Origin: Deltaproteobacteria bacterium
GTDB lineage: Bacteria > Myxococcota_A > UBA9160 > SMWR01
Direction: 5' to 3'
Assembly (NCBI GenBank): GCA_032128115.1
Contig: JAQBHB010000065.1
Span: 1 to 40,421, forward strand
Length of the DNA stretch: 40,421 nucleotides
Position numbers and translations under genes: made by a program. The notes beneath the pieces were generated by a model that worked only from the letters and a program-made list of their open reading frames with translations, was not told the origin of the DNA and searched no databases. Shown in pieces: positions 8,358-18,456 of the stretch; position 1 is the first letter of the stretch, and each line of letters opens with the position of its first letter.

Positions 8358-9565
8358 TCGCCGCGGAGGAGGCACTTCGCACGAACCCGGACCTGCGTGC
8401 CGCCTACGCGGTGATCGAGATTGCGCGGGGCCGACTCGTGCAAGCCGGCCTGTGGCCCAACCCCGAGCTGAACCTCTCGGGAGTGGACGATTCCGCCTTC
8501 CAGAACGCAGGAGAACGTGGGGCCAGCGTGGGCCTCGCACAGCGCTTTCCGATCGCCCGACGCCTGGCGCGCGCTCGCGATGTGGCACGAGTCGACGTGG
8601 CGCTGGCCGTCACCGAGGTGCGCGACTTCGAGCGCACGCTGATCGGAGAGGTCGAGGGCGCGGTCGTCTCCCTGCTCGCCCTCGATCGAGCCATCGTCGA
8701 GCAGAGCCGGGTGATCGAAGCGGCTGGCACGCTGGCGCAGGCGTCTTCGGGGCGATTTCGAGTGGCTGAGGTCTCGGAGGCGGATGTGAATCTGCTCGAG
8801 ATCGAGCTGGCGCGCTTCCAGCAGGATCTACGCCTTCTCGAGCTCGAGCGCCTCACGGAGGGGTTACGCCTCAACCAGATGCTCAATCTTCCGCCCGAGC
8901 CGCCGATCGCGGTGGCGGGAGACCTCGATGCCCCGCTCTTCAACCCGAGCGTCCTGGCGCGGCTGGCCGAGGACGCGATCTCTCGACGCCCCGATCTCCA
9001 CCGCATTCGGCTGGAGCAGGATCGCGCCGGGGCCGAGGTGCGGCTGGCGCGCGCCGAGGCCTGGGAGGACTGGACCCTCGGCTTCGGCTGGGAATTCGAC
9101 CGCCAGGTATTCGAGAGCAGTCCGATCGGTGTGAAGCGCGACGATTTTCTCGGCGTCGGGCTCACGGTCCCACTGCCGCTGTTCAACCGCAACCAGGGCC
9201 GCATCACAGCCGCGGAGGCCCAGGGCCGGAGGGCTGTAGCCCGGGTTTCAGGTCGCGAACGCCTCGTCGAAATGGAGGTCGCGATCGAGCTGCGCCGGGT
9301 CGAGGAGCTCACGCGGATCGCCGCGGAGTACGGCGACCGCATCGTCCCGCGCGCCACGCGCAACGTGAGCCTGCTCGAAAAGGGCTATCGCGAAGGCCTC
9401 GTCGGGGTCGCCGCGCTGGTGCAGGCGGAGCAGCAGTATGCAGAGGCCGCCATCCGCTACGCGCGAACCCTGGGCGAGCTGCGCCGGGCCGAAGTCGACC
9501 TCGAGACCGCCGCAGCGGCCAGTCCGCTTCTGGAAACCAGACTCTCCACGGAGGGAAAGCCGTGA
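8246..9565 (+). CDS. TolC/CzcC-family outer-membrane efflux protein
   Basis: ALRTNPDL, AGLWPNPEL, VPLPLFNRNQG motifs; SD GGAGG. Confidence 0.92.
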   Translation: MVSKYAFASFSGCFLALVVDATSAAALDITSGVLTPAIAAEEALRTNPDLRAAYAVIEIARGRLVQAGLWPNPELNLSGVDDSAFQNAGERGASVGLAQRFPIARRLARARDVARVDVALAVTEVRDFERTLIGEVEGAVVSLLALDRAIVEQSRVIEAAGTLAQASSGRFRVAEVSEADVNLLEIELARFQQDLRLLELERLTEGLRLNQMLNLPPEPPIAVAGDLDAPLFNPSVLARLAEDAISRRPDLHRIRLEQDRAGAEVRLARAEAWEDWTLGFGWEFDRQVFESSPIGVKRDDFLGVGLTVPLPLFNRNQGRITAAEAQGRRAVARVSGRERLVEMEVAIELRRVEELTRIAAEYGDRIVPRATRNVSLLEKGYREGLVGVAALVQAEQQYAEAAIRYARTLGELRRAEVDLETAAAASPLLETRLSTEGKP

Positions 9566-10674
9566 GATCCATCAGACTCTTCTTGGCCATCGCCGCTCTC
9601 GCGACCCCTCTCGTTGCGGCGCCCCACGCGGGTCGCGCGCACGAGGGGCACGATGAAGCGCCCGGTGCAACGACGGGAGGCGGGGACGCCGGAGGCCCCG
9701 TGCGCGTCTCGGAGGCCGCGCGCCGCAACCTCGGCCTGCAGACCGAAGAGGCGGAGCTTCGCACCCTCGAGCGAGCCCTGACCGTGATTGGCGAAATCCG
9801 AGCCGAGCCCGACCGGTCAGCCACCGTCTCGAGCCGAATCGCCGGACGCGTCGCCGCTGTTTACGCCAAGGAGGGCCAGCGCGTGGAGCGCGGGCAGCGG
9901 CTCGTAGAGGTCGAGAGCTTCCAGGTTGGCGATCCCCCGCCGAGGGCTCGCTACGCGGCGCCGATCGCCGGAACCGTGGTGGATCGCCACGTCGTGGTGG
10001 GGGACGACGTCGCGCGGAACGGCCACCTCTTCGAGATCGCAGACCTCGCGGAGCTGCTGGCAGTGGGCCGCGTCTTCGAGGGCCAGATCGGTCTCGTCGC
10101 CATCGGACAGAACGTTCGCGTGCGGGTCCCCAGCTATCCGGAGAAGGTCTTCGAGGGTGTCGTGGAGCGCCTCGCCGGACAGCTGGACGCCGCGAGCCGC
10201 TCTCTCCCGGTGTACGTCCGCGTGGCCAACCCCGACGAGGAGCTCCGCCCGCACATGCGCGCCACGTTGAGCCTCGTGACCGAGCGCGCGGACCTCGCCC
10301 TGGCGGTCCCCAAGAGCGCGCTGCTCGGCGAGTTCGGAAATCCCTTCATCTTCGTCCAGCGCGAAGACGAGCCCGACCTCTTCGAGCGCCGCGCCGTGGT
10401 GACGGGGCTCTCGGACGATCGCTACGTCGAGATCGCAGACGGAGTCCTCCCAGGCGACCGCGTGGTCACTGAGGGCAACTACTCGCTCCAGTATCTGCCG
10501 CCGGTTGCCGAGCCCGCTTCGGAATCCGAGTCGATCGCCAGCGAGGAAGGTCACGCCCACGAAGCGACGAGCCGGTGGCCCTGGACGCTCGGGCTCGCGG
10601 CCGCCGTCATTGCGAGCGCGGCCGTCGTGCTGCGCCTTCGCATCCGCAGGCGCGCTCCGAGCGGAGCCCACTAG
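9562..10674 (+). CDS. RND periplasmic adaptor (CzcB/CusB-like)
   Basis: VSSRIAGRV, APIAGTV, ALAVPKSAL, GVLPGDRVVTEG; N-terminal HEGHD; GTGA overlap with the tolC-like gene. Confidence 0.9.
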   Translation: MRSIRLFLAIAALATPLVAAPHAGRAHEGHDEAPGATTGGGDAGGPVRVSEAARRNLGLQTEEAELRTLERALTVIGEIRAEPDRSATVSSRIAGRVAAVYAKEGQRVERGQRLVEVESFQVGDPPPRARYAAPIAGTVVDRHVVVGDDVARNGHLFEIADLAELLAVGRVFEGQIGLVAIGQNVRVRVPSYPEKVFEGVVERLAGQLDAASRSLPVYVRVANPDEELRPHMRATLSLVTERADLALAVPKSALLGEFGNPFIFVQREDEPDLFERRAVVTGLSDDRYVEIADGVLPGDRVVTEGNYSLQYLPPVAEPASESESIASEEGHAHEATSRWPWTLGLAAAVIASAAVVLRLRIRRRAPSGAH

Positions 10675-10677
10675 GCC

Positions 10678-13600
10678 ATGCTGAACCGACTGATCACGTT
10701 CTCGCTGCGCAACCGCATGTTCGTCGTCGCCGCCGCGGCGCTCCTCTTCGTCTACGGCGCAATCGTGATCCGGGACCTTCCGGTGGACGTGTTTCCCGAC
10801 CTGAATCGCCCGCTGGTCACGATCCTCACCGAAGCCCCGGGCCTGGCGCCCGAAGAGGTCGAGATGCTGGTCACCTGGCCGCTCGAGACCGCAGTCAACG
10901 GTGCGCCGAGCGTGCGGCGTGTGCGCTCGAACTCCGGCATCGGCCTCTCGATCGTGTTCGTCGAGTTCGACTGGGGGACGGACATCTATCGCGCAAGGCA
11001 GCTCGTTCAGGAACGCCTTCAGCTCGCCGCCGAGCAGCTCCCGGAGGAGATCTCACCCGTGATGGGACCGATCTCGTCGATCATGGGCGAGATCCTGCTG
11101 ATCGGAATCTCGAGCCGGGACGGCACCACGCCGCCCAGGGAGCTTCGCACCTTCGCGGACTGGGTCGTCCGACAGCGCCTGCTCACGATCGGGGGCGTGG
11201 CCCAGGTGATCCCCATCGGCGGCGGCGTCAAGCAGTACCAGATTCGCGCGATTCCCGAGCGTCTGGCCGCCTACGGAGTGAGTCTCGAGCAGGTCTTCGA
11301 GGCGGCCGAGCGATCCCAGATCAATACACCCGGCGGCTTCCTCGAAGCGGGTCAACGCGAGGCCCTGGTCCGGAACATCGCGCGCACGGTGTCCCTGGAG
11401 CAGATTGCCTCGACAGTCGTGGCTGATCGCGGCGGAGTGCCCGTGCGGCTGCGCGACGTGGCCGACGTGGTCTTCGGCAAGCAGGTGATGCGCGGCGACG
11501 CGGGCGTGGGCGGCGAGCCGGCGGTGATCGTCTCGGTGAAAAAGCAGCCCGGCGTCGACAGCATCTCCCTCACGGAGAAGATCGAGGCCGCGCTCGCCGA
11601 CATGGAGAACGACCTCCCTTCGGACGTCGAGATGCAGCTCCTCTTCAAGCAGGCGCGCTTCATCGAGGCCGCGATTGGCAACGTCGAAGAGGCGATCCGA
11701 GACGGCGGAATCATGGTGGTGATCGTGCTCTTCCTGTTCCTGCTCAATGTCCGCACCACGCTCATCACGCTCACGGCGATTCCACTCTCTTTCGTCGTTA
11801 CGGCCATCTTCTTCTCCTGGGCGGGAATCTCCATCAACACCATGACCCTCGGAGGCCTCGCCGTGGCAATCGGCATGGTGGTGGACGACGCCATCGTCGA
11901 TGTCGAGAACGTCTACCGCCGCCTGCGCGAGAACCGCCATGCCGGGCAACCGCGCCCGGTGCTGCGTGTCATTGCCGACGCCTCGGCCGAGGTCCGGAAC
12001 TCGATCCTCTACGCGACCCTGCTCATCATCCTGGTCTTCGTTCCGCTCTTCGGCCTCGCGGGCATCGAAGGTCGCCTCTTCGCCCCGATCGGCGTGGCCA
12101 CGATCGTGGCGATGGCGGCCTCCTTCGTGGTGTCGCTCACCGTGATTCCGGCACTCTGCTCCTACCTGCTCCCCCGCATGAAGCGCATGGAGACAGAGGC
12201 CGACGGTTGGCTCGTCCGCAAACTCAAGGAGTTCGACCGTCGCGTGATCCTCGCCCACACCCTGCGCCACCCCTACGTCGTGATCGGCGGGGCGATCGTG
12301 CTCGTCGCCGGCTCCTTCGCCCTCTACCCGATGATGGGGAAGGAGTTCCTGCCGGAGTTCAACGAAGGTACGGTGACCGTCAACGTGCTCGTGGCGCCGG
12401 GCACGTCTCTTGAAGAGTCGAACCGGATCGGGACCATTGCCGAGAAGCTGCTGCTCGCGATCCCCGAGATCCTCTCCACCGGCCGGCGCACGGGCCGCGC
12501 GGAGCTCGACGAGCACGCGGAGGGCGTCCACTACACGGAGATCGATGTCGACCTCGCGCCGTCCGAGCGCTCGCGCGAGGAGATTCTGGAGGAGATTCGC
12601 AACCAGCTCGGGCAGATCCCGGGCATCGCGATGAACGTCGGCCAACCCATCTCCCACCGTCTCGACCACATGCTCTCGGGCGTGCGGGCACAGGTGGCCG
12701 TCAAGCTCTTCGGGGAGGACCTGGGCGTCCTGCGCGCCCAGGCAGCCGACATCGAAGCCACCCTTGCGCATGTGCCCGGGGTGGTCGATCTCCAGATCGA
12801 GAAGCAAGTCCTGATCCCCCAGGTAAAGATCGTGCTCGATCGCGAGCGCGCGCAGCTCTACGGCGTACAGGTGGGGGATCTCGCGGAGCTGTTGGAGACG
12901 GCCCTCAACGGCCGCGTCGCCGGTCAGGTGCTCGACGGGCAGCGGACCTTCGACCTGTTCGTGCGCTACGGCGAGGAATCGCGCGGCGACGTGGCGGCGA
13001 TCCGCAACATGCTCGTGGACACGCCCTCCGGTCAGAAGGTGCCGGTCTCGCTGCTCGCCGACGTGCGGGAGGCGAAGGGGCCGAACATCATCAACCGCGA
13101 GAACGTACGCCGGCGTATCGTGATCTCGGCGAATGTTTCCGGTCGCGATCTGGGTTCGACCGTCGCGAATATGCAGACCGCCGTGGCAGCGATGAATCTC
13201 CCGCCCGGCTACTCCGTCAGTTTCGAGGGCCAGTTCCAGAGCCAGCAGGCTGCAACTCGACTGATTGCGATTCTGAGCCTCTTCACGCTCGCCACGATGT
13301 TCCTGCTGCTCTATTCCCACTTCCGCAGCATCGTGATCGTGGCGCAGATCCTGCTCAACGTGCCCCTGGCGTTCATGGGTGGGCTCGTCCTCACCTGGCT
13401 CATGGTCGGAACGGTCTCCGTCGCCACGTTGGTCGGGCTCATCACCCTGGCCGGCATCGCATCCCGCAACACGATCATGATGATCTCCCACTACCTCCAC
13501 CTCATGGAGCACGAGGGAGAGCAGTTCGACGAGCAGATGATCGTGCGGGGATCCCTCGAGCGGCTCGTCCCCGTGACCATGACCGCCCTCGTGGCCGGCC

Positions 13601-13836
13601 TGGCGTTGATCCCGCTGGTCCTCGCCGCCGGGGAGGCGGGCAAGGAGATTCTCTACCCGGTGGCGGTGGTGATCCTGGGAGGGCTCCTGAGTTCGACCGT
13701 CCTCGACATGGCCGTGACACCGGCGGTCTTCTTCGCCTTCGGTCGCCGCGCGGCCGAGCGTGCGATCGCGCGTGACGCGGTCGATCCCCTGGACGCCATT
13801 CTCGTTCCCGCTTCCGCCGCGGAATCACCGCGGTAG
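10678..13836 (+). CDS. Heavy-metal efflux RND permease (CzcA/CusA family)
   Basis: LPVDVFPDL, GLAVAIGMVVDDAIVDVEN, GRAELDEHAEGVH, ERLVPVTMTAL. Confidence 0.95.
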   Translation: MLNRLITFSLRNRMFVVAAAALLFVYGAIVIRDLPVDVFPDLNRPLVTILTEAPGLAPEEVEMLVTWPLETAVNGAPSVRRVRSNSGIGLSIVFVEFDWGTDIYRARQLVQERLQLAAEQLPEEISPVMGPISSIMGEILLIGISSRDGTTPPRELRTFADWVVRQRLLTIGGVAQVIPIGGGVKQYQIRAIPERLAAYGVSLEQVFEAAERSQINTPGGFLEAGQREALVRNIARTVSLEQIASTVVADRGGVPVRLRDVADVVFGKQVMRGDAGVGGEPAVIVSVKKQPGVDSISLTEKIEAALADMENDLPSDVEMQLLFKQARFIEAAIGNVEEAIRDGGIMVVIVLFLFLLNVRTTLITLTAIPLSFVVTAIFFSWAGISINTMTLGGLAVAIGMVVDDAIVDVENVYRRLRENRHAGQPRPVLRVIADASAEVRNSILYATLLIILVFVPLFGLAGIEGRLFAPIGVATIVAMAASFVVSLTVIPALCSYLLPRMKRMETEADGWLVRKLKEFDRRVILAHTLRHPYVVIGGAIVLVAGSFALYPMMGKEFLPEFNEGTVTVNVLVAPGTSLEESNRIGTIAEKLLLAIPEILSTGRRTGRAELDEHAEGVHYTEIDVDLAPSERSREEILEEIRNQLGQIPGIAMNVGQPISHRLDHMLSGVRAQVAVKLFGEDLGVLRAQAADIEATLAHVPGVVDLQIEKQVLIPQVKIVLDRERAQLYGVQVGDLAELLETALNGRVAGQVLDGQRTFDLFVRYGEESRGDVAAIRNMLVDTPSGQKVPVSLLADVREAKGPNIINRENVRRRIVISANVSGRDLGSTVANMQTAVAAMNLPPGYSVSFEGQFQSQQAATRLIAILSLFTLATMFLLLYSHFRSIVIVAQILLNVPLAFMGGLVLTWLMVGTVSVATLVGLITLAGIASRNTIMMISHYLHLMEHEGEQFDEQMIVRGSLERLVPVTMTALVAGLALIPLVLAAGEAGKEILYPVAVVILGGLLSSTVLDMAVTPAVFFAFGRRAAERAIARDAVDPLDAILVPASAAESPR

Positions 13837-13866
13837 TTTGAGCGGACCACTCGAAAGGAGAACCCG

Positions 13867-14736
13867 ATGAGATTCGCAATACCGATGACCATGGCTGGGA
13901 CTGTCGCACTCCTCTTCATGGGCTCCGCCGCCCCCGCCGACGAGGGGCACGGTCACCATGATCCAGGCCACGGTGGCCACGCTGGCGAAGCGGCGCAGGC
14001 CGAGGGCCTCGCCGGCGCCTGGGCCGCTCTCGAAGCGGCACGCGACGCGATCGCCGCCGACGTCGCGGCGGGGCTCCTGAAGACGATCCACGAGAAGTCC
14101 GAGCCCGTACCCGGGCTCGCCAAAGAGCTTCTCGAACACTCCGATGGTCTCGATCCCGTGAGGCGGAAGCGGGTGGAGGGAGCCGTCCGCCAGCTTCCGA
14201 AGGTCGCCGACGCGCTCCACGACGCCGCAGACGGCGGCGACCTGGACGGGACGCGCCGCGAGCTGAAGCGGCTCGATGGGCTTCTCCAGCTCATTCGGGC
14301 CCAATACCCGAGCGGTGCCCTTCCCACTGAGCCCAGCCATCAGGAGGGCGCGTCGCGGTCATCGCACGGCGGTGAGCATGCACACGGGGCCACGATCGCC
14401 GAGGTCGCTGATGCCTCGCAAGCGACGGTGCAGGTGGTGGCGAGCGACTTTACGTTCGAACCCCGCGAGCTAATGCTGCGCGCCGGCGAGCCCACACGGC
14501 TCGAGTTTCGCAACGAAGGGGCCGTCGAGCACGTGCTCATCGTGAAGACCCTGAACGGAGCTACCGATGCGGTTCACCTCCACGCTCAGCCGGGTGAGAC
14601 TGACGCCGCAACCGTGCGTCTGGATGGGCCGGGACGCTACGTGGTCGTTTGCACGATTCCCGGTCACCAGGAGATCGGGATGATCGGCGAACTCGTGGTG
14701 ACCGACGGTTCGTCCGCCGCCGGCGAAGGCGGGTGA
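13867..14736 (+). CDS. Secreted His-rich protein with C-terminal cupredoxin domain
   Basis: Signal peptide, HGHHDPGHGGH, type-1 Cu ligands H..CTIPGHQEIGM. Confidence 0.8.
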   Translation: MRFAIPMTMAGTVALLFMGSAAPADEGHGHHDPGHGGHAGEAAQAEGLAGAWAALEAARDAIAADVAAGLLKTIHEKSEPVPGLAKELLEHSDGLDPVRRKRVEGAVRQLPKVADALHDAADGGDLDGTRRELKRLDGLLQLIRAQYPSGALPTEPSHQEGASRSSHGGEHAHGATIAEVADASQATVQVVASDFTFEPRELMLRAGEPTRLEFRNEGAVEHVLIVKTLNGATDAVHLHAQPGETDAATVRLDGPGRYVVVCTIPGHQEIGMIGELVVTDGSSAAGEGG

Positions 14737-14856
14737 CGCTTTGCGGGGTGTGTCTCGATGGATATCAGAAAGGGATAAATCAATGACGCCGCATCCTCTT
14801 GGAATCCGGGCGAATCTCAGACGAGGGCACCGGCACAGCTCGTTCTCTCCGAGTCC

Positions 14857-15426
14857 TTGCCCCACGTAGGGGAAATGTTCCGAGCCAGCCTCATACGACA
14901 CCTCGGGTTCGGGGCCGGTGTGGTGGGGATCGCAATGTTGGCGGCGGGGATGCTGGTTCACCGTCTCGTGGTCGGTCCCGTGCGCGAGATCCCGGCCGCC
15001 ACCGACGAAATCGCACAGCATGGGCAGTGGGAACCAATCACTCCAAGGGGACGGCGGCGGGACGAGATCGGCGATCTGGAAGGTCATTCCGCGCAGATGA
15101 TCCGACGTCGCGTTGAAGAGGTGCGTGACGGGCGTTACGGCTCCGCGCACAGGGTCGCAGAACGAGTTCGCCGCGAACTCGATGAGCCGCTGCGCCGTGT
15201 GGCCATGGAGCTGACTGTCCTCGAGACGCTTCTGGCGGTGGACTCGGAGGAAGCCCGTGCCCGGGCGCAGATCGCAGCCAAGGCCACGCGGCCGGAGTCG
15301 ATGCCACGACCCATCACTTCGGAACGGCGCGGCACGACGCTACCCACTCGGCCGGGGGCCACAGCGGCCGAAGCCACGATCGCCGAGGCGGTCTCTGAGT
15401 CAGGTACACGCTATTTCGCCAGGTAG
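14857..15426 (+). pseudogene. Fragment of a TM-HAMP sensor protein
   Basis: TM followed by VGPVREIPAATDEIA..RRDEIGDL (HAMP-like); no kinase domain follows. Confidence 0.5.
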
Positions 15427-15504
15427 AGTCGATCTGGCCTGGTCAAACATCACCGGGCCCGCTCGACCGCTTCGTCGAGAGCGCTGAAGCCACGTCGGCA
15501 AGAC

Positions 15505-16110
15505 TCAGTCCGGCTCGCCCCTCAGCAGGTAGCGGATCACGAGGTCGGTCACCTCCTCTTCGAAGCGGTCATCCGCGAGGAGTTCTGGGCGCTTGAGTGC
15601 GGTCCCGTGCGTTAGCGTCTCCCCGACCTCGAGGCAGACGTAGGCCGCCAGGTCGAGGTCCGGCCGGCGGATTTCTTCTCGGTGAACCTCCAAATAGCCG
15701 CGCACGAACTCCATCAGGTACGCGCGCTCTTCGCCCGGGATCTCCGCGGCCAGCGCGTTGTGGAGCTCCGGATCATGGGCGTGGATATCGATCATGAACC
15801 GCAGGAACTCGCGAATCGCCTCGCGCAGGGGGAGCGCGGCGATGCGACCGCTTGCCTTGACCATGCGCTCCATGAACATGCGGTCGTAGCGGCGCCGCAC
15901 CTCGGCCACCAGGGACTCCTTGTTGGGGAAGTATTGGTAGAGCGAGCCGACCGAGACACCGGCCACTTCAGCAACCCGATTGGTGCTCAGGCCCCCGTGG
16001 CCCTCCTGCGAAAGAATGCGAGCAGTTGCTTCGAGAATGGCCTCGACCATGATCTGGGATCTGTCCTGTTTCGGTAGTTTTCTCGGACAGATAGATAGAT
16101 CTTCGGACAT
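15505..16110 (-). CDS. TetR/AcrR family regulator
   Basis: PKQDRS..LSTNRVAEVAGVSVGSLYQYFPNKESL. Confidence 0.93.
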   Translation of the reverse strand: MSEDLSICPRKLPKQDRSQIMVEAILEATARILSQEGHGGLSTNRVAEVAGVSVGSLYQYFPNKESLVAEVRRRYDRMFMERMVKASGRIAALPLREAIREFLRFMIDIHAHDPELHNALAAEIPGEERAYLMEFVRGYLEVHREEIRRPDLDLAAYVCLEVGETLTHGTALKRPELLADDRFEEEVTDLVIRYLLRGEPD

Positions 16111-16130
16111 CGGAGAGGTTCCTCGGAATG

Positions 16131-16158
16131 CGAGTAGAAAACACGAATATTTACTCGT
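16131..16158. promoter_or_regulatory. Probable TetR operator in the divergent tetR/P450 promoter
   Basis: CGAGTA..TACTCG inverted half-sites and imperfect IR ACGAATA-TT-TACTCGT in a 60-bp AT-rich gap. Confidence 0.5.
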
Positions 16159-16170
16159 AAAGTCTAGCGC

Positions 16171-17349
16171 ATGGAGTACGATCCTCTAGACCCCCGAGTC
16201 GCCCGGAATCCCTACCCCTTCTACGAGGCCTTGCGCCGCGAGGCGCCCGTCCATCGCACGCCACGCGGGTTCGCAGCGGTGAGCCGCTACGGCGACGTGC
16301 TCGACGTGCTGCGGCACCCCGGAACGTTCTCGTCATCCGCCATGGGAGACGTCATCAACGGCCTGAAGTCGATGGCGCACGCGGAGGAAGGCGGCGAGAC
16401 CCTGCTGGGCACCGATCCCCCGGTCCACACCCGGCTGCGCAAGATCGTCAACCGGGCCTTCCGGCCCGGCCGGATCGCCGCTCTGGAGCCGCGCATCCGT
16501 GCGCTGGCCGCCGAGCTCGTGGACGCCTTCGAGGGACGGCACGAGTGCGACCTCGTCGCCGATCTCGCGGTTCCCTTCCCGGTGATGGTCATCGCCGAGA
16601 TCCTGGGGTTCGACCCCGCCCGCCGCAACGACTTCAAGCGCTGGACGGAAGAGCAGATCGCGGCGACGGCGGGGCCGCCGACGCCGGAGTTTCGTGCCGC
16701 ACTTGCGCGCTCCGGCGCCGAGCGCCTCACCTATCTCGAGGACCTGATCGCCGAGCGCAGTCACCATCCCCGTAGCGACGTGCTTAGTGAGCTGCTCCAG
16801 GCCGAGCGCGACGAGGAGGTGATGACCGAGGGCGAAGTTGGCAATTTCATCGTATTGCTTCTGGTCACCGGCAACGAGACGACCACGAACCTCATCGGAA
16901 ACGCGGTGCTCGCGCTTCTCGAGGACCCGGAGATGCTCGCAGCCGTCGCGGCGGAACCCGCGCTCGTTCCGGCCGTCATCGAGGAGACGCTCCGCCATGA
17001 CTCCCCGGTGCAGCTGACGCTGCGCCGCGCTACCGAGGACGCGGAACTGTCGGGCGAGAAGATCCACTGCGGAGAGCTGCTGGCGGTGCTGATCGGATCG
17101 GCAAACCGGGACGAGCGCCACTTCCCGCACGCGGATCGCTTCGACCGGCTGCGCCCCCGGCGCGACCACCTGGCCTTTGGCTTCGGCACCCACTTCTGCC
17201 TGGGTGCGCACCTCGCCCGGCTGGAGGCGCGGGTGGCGCTCGAGACGCTGCTAAGCCGCGTCCGCCACTTCGAGATCCTCGCCGAGGCGGAGCGGATGCC
17301 TTCGCTGCTGACGCGCGGTCCGCGATCCCTTCGGTTGGGGCTGAGGTGA
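16171..17349 (+). CDS. Cytochrome P450
   Basis: DPPVHTRLR, GNETT, EETLR, heme motif FGFGTHFCLG. Confidence 0.96.
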   Translation: MEYDPLDPRVARNPYPFYEALRREAPVHRTPRGFAAVSRYGDVLDVLRHPGTFSSSAMGDVINGLKSMAHAEEGGETLLGTDPPVHTRLRKIVNRAFRPGRIAALEPRIRALAAELVDAFEGRHECDLVADLAVPFPVMVIAEILGFDPARRNDFKRWTEEQIAATAGPPTPEFRAALARSGAERLTYLEDLIAERSHHPRSDVLSELLQAERDEEVMTEGEVGNFIVLLLVTGNETTTNLIGNAVLALLEDPEMLAAVAAEPALVPAVIEETLRHDSPVQLTLRRATEDAELSGEKIHCGELLAVLIGSANRDERHFPHADRFDRLRPRRDHLAFGFGTHFCLGAHLARLEARVALETLLSRVRHFEILAEAERMPSLLTRGPRSLRLGLR

Positions 17350-17595
17350 TCGCCACGCGACTGGCCACCCGTCAAGGGACCGCACGGCGGTCGCGGAGCT
17401 GTAGGACGATCTCATCGAGGAATGACTGCATGTCGCTCCGCGTATACAGGCTCGTGTGTCCCACCCTCGGGATCACGGACGTCCGCACGAGCTGCTCCGC
17501 GGCCGCCCAACCGCGCTGCGCTGCCACTTCGCGACGCAGTCGCTCGACCGAGACGACCGTTTCTGCGTTTCCGTTTCGGTATGGTCGCCGCCCCG

Positions 17596-18456
17596 TCACC
17601 ATGGGCTCAGCTCGAATGGAACCCGCACGCTGAGCACTGCGACGAAGTCCGTCACGAGCTGGGACCCGTTCAGGTCTTGCAGGACGGGCACCTGGACCGA
17701 GGCCTCGAGAATCAGGCGCTTCATGGCAAGCTGAACACCGGGCGAGAGGAAGAGCGCGTTTCCGCCCGAGCCCCGAACGGTGCTGCCATTCACCTGCGTC
17801 CGCCCCGCCCAAAACCCGTTGAGCTCGAGGACGCCGTTCAGCTGAAGGAGTTTCCCCTCGAAGCGCTGAGGCCAGAGGCGGTACCGGTAAGCGACGTCGT
17901 AACGAAACCGGTCGCCCGCCTCGCGATCGTTGCGCTCCGTGGTCAGGGTGTAGAGCGCATCCACATCGAGCTCGTGCCGATTCGCGGCCCACGTTCCCAC
18001 GGCGCCGATGATCGGATCGAAGGACGACGTTCCGAAATCGTCCGTCCCGGTCGGGAATTTCAAGCCGGCAAGCACAGCAACGCGGCGGGTCGAGAGCGGC
18101 GCGTAGTCGTCCACGAAGACCATGTAGCGCCCCAGCAAGCGAAGGTCGCCGAGCCCCGCGTCTTCGTCGCTCGATCCGGCCGTCTCGACTCGCCGGTGCG
18201 CGACGATCGGAAGCGTCAGGAACGTGGTGAAACGCGGCGTGACGCCGTACACGAGCGTCTGCGGCAGGACGTACGCATGGACCTCACGGTCCATGGGCGA
18301 CGGGTCGTCGGTGGCGACGGTCGCTCGAAGCTGAGAGCGCCAGATGCCCTCTCCCTGGCTGACCGGAAGCGCAACGTTGGTGTTGATCCCTTGCGCCCTA
18401 GCAACCGCTGGCACGAGGAGGAATAGGAACAAGACGCCGAAGAACCTCCCCTTCAT
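17596..18456 (-). CDS. Outer-membrane beta-barrel 'transporter' family protein (MetA-pathway-of-phenol-degradation-like)
   Basis: Signal peptide, GLGDLRLLGRY, GLKFPTG, LFLSPGVQ, alternating beta-strand pattern. Confidence 0.7.
   Translation of the reverse strand: MKGRFFGVLFLFLLVPAVARAQGINTNVALPVSQGEGIWRSQLRATVATDDPSPMDREVHAYVLPQTLVYGVTPRFTTFLTLPIVAHRRVETAGSSDEDAGLGDLRLLGRYMVFVDDYAPLSTRRVAVLAGLKFPTGTDDFGTSSFDPIIGAVGTWAANRHELDVDALYTLTTERNDREAGDRFRYDVAYRYRLWPQRFEGKLLQLNGVLELNGFWAGRTQVNGSTVRGSGGNALFLSPGVQLAMKRLILEASVQVPVLQDLNGSQLVTDFVAVLSVRVPFELSPW

Noticed and set aside
14745..14800. Possible IS end GGGGTGTGTCTC plus AT-rich patch
   Set aside because: No matching second end or transposase found.
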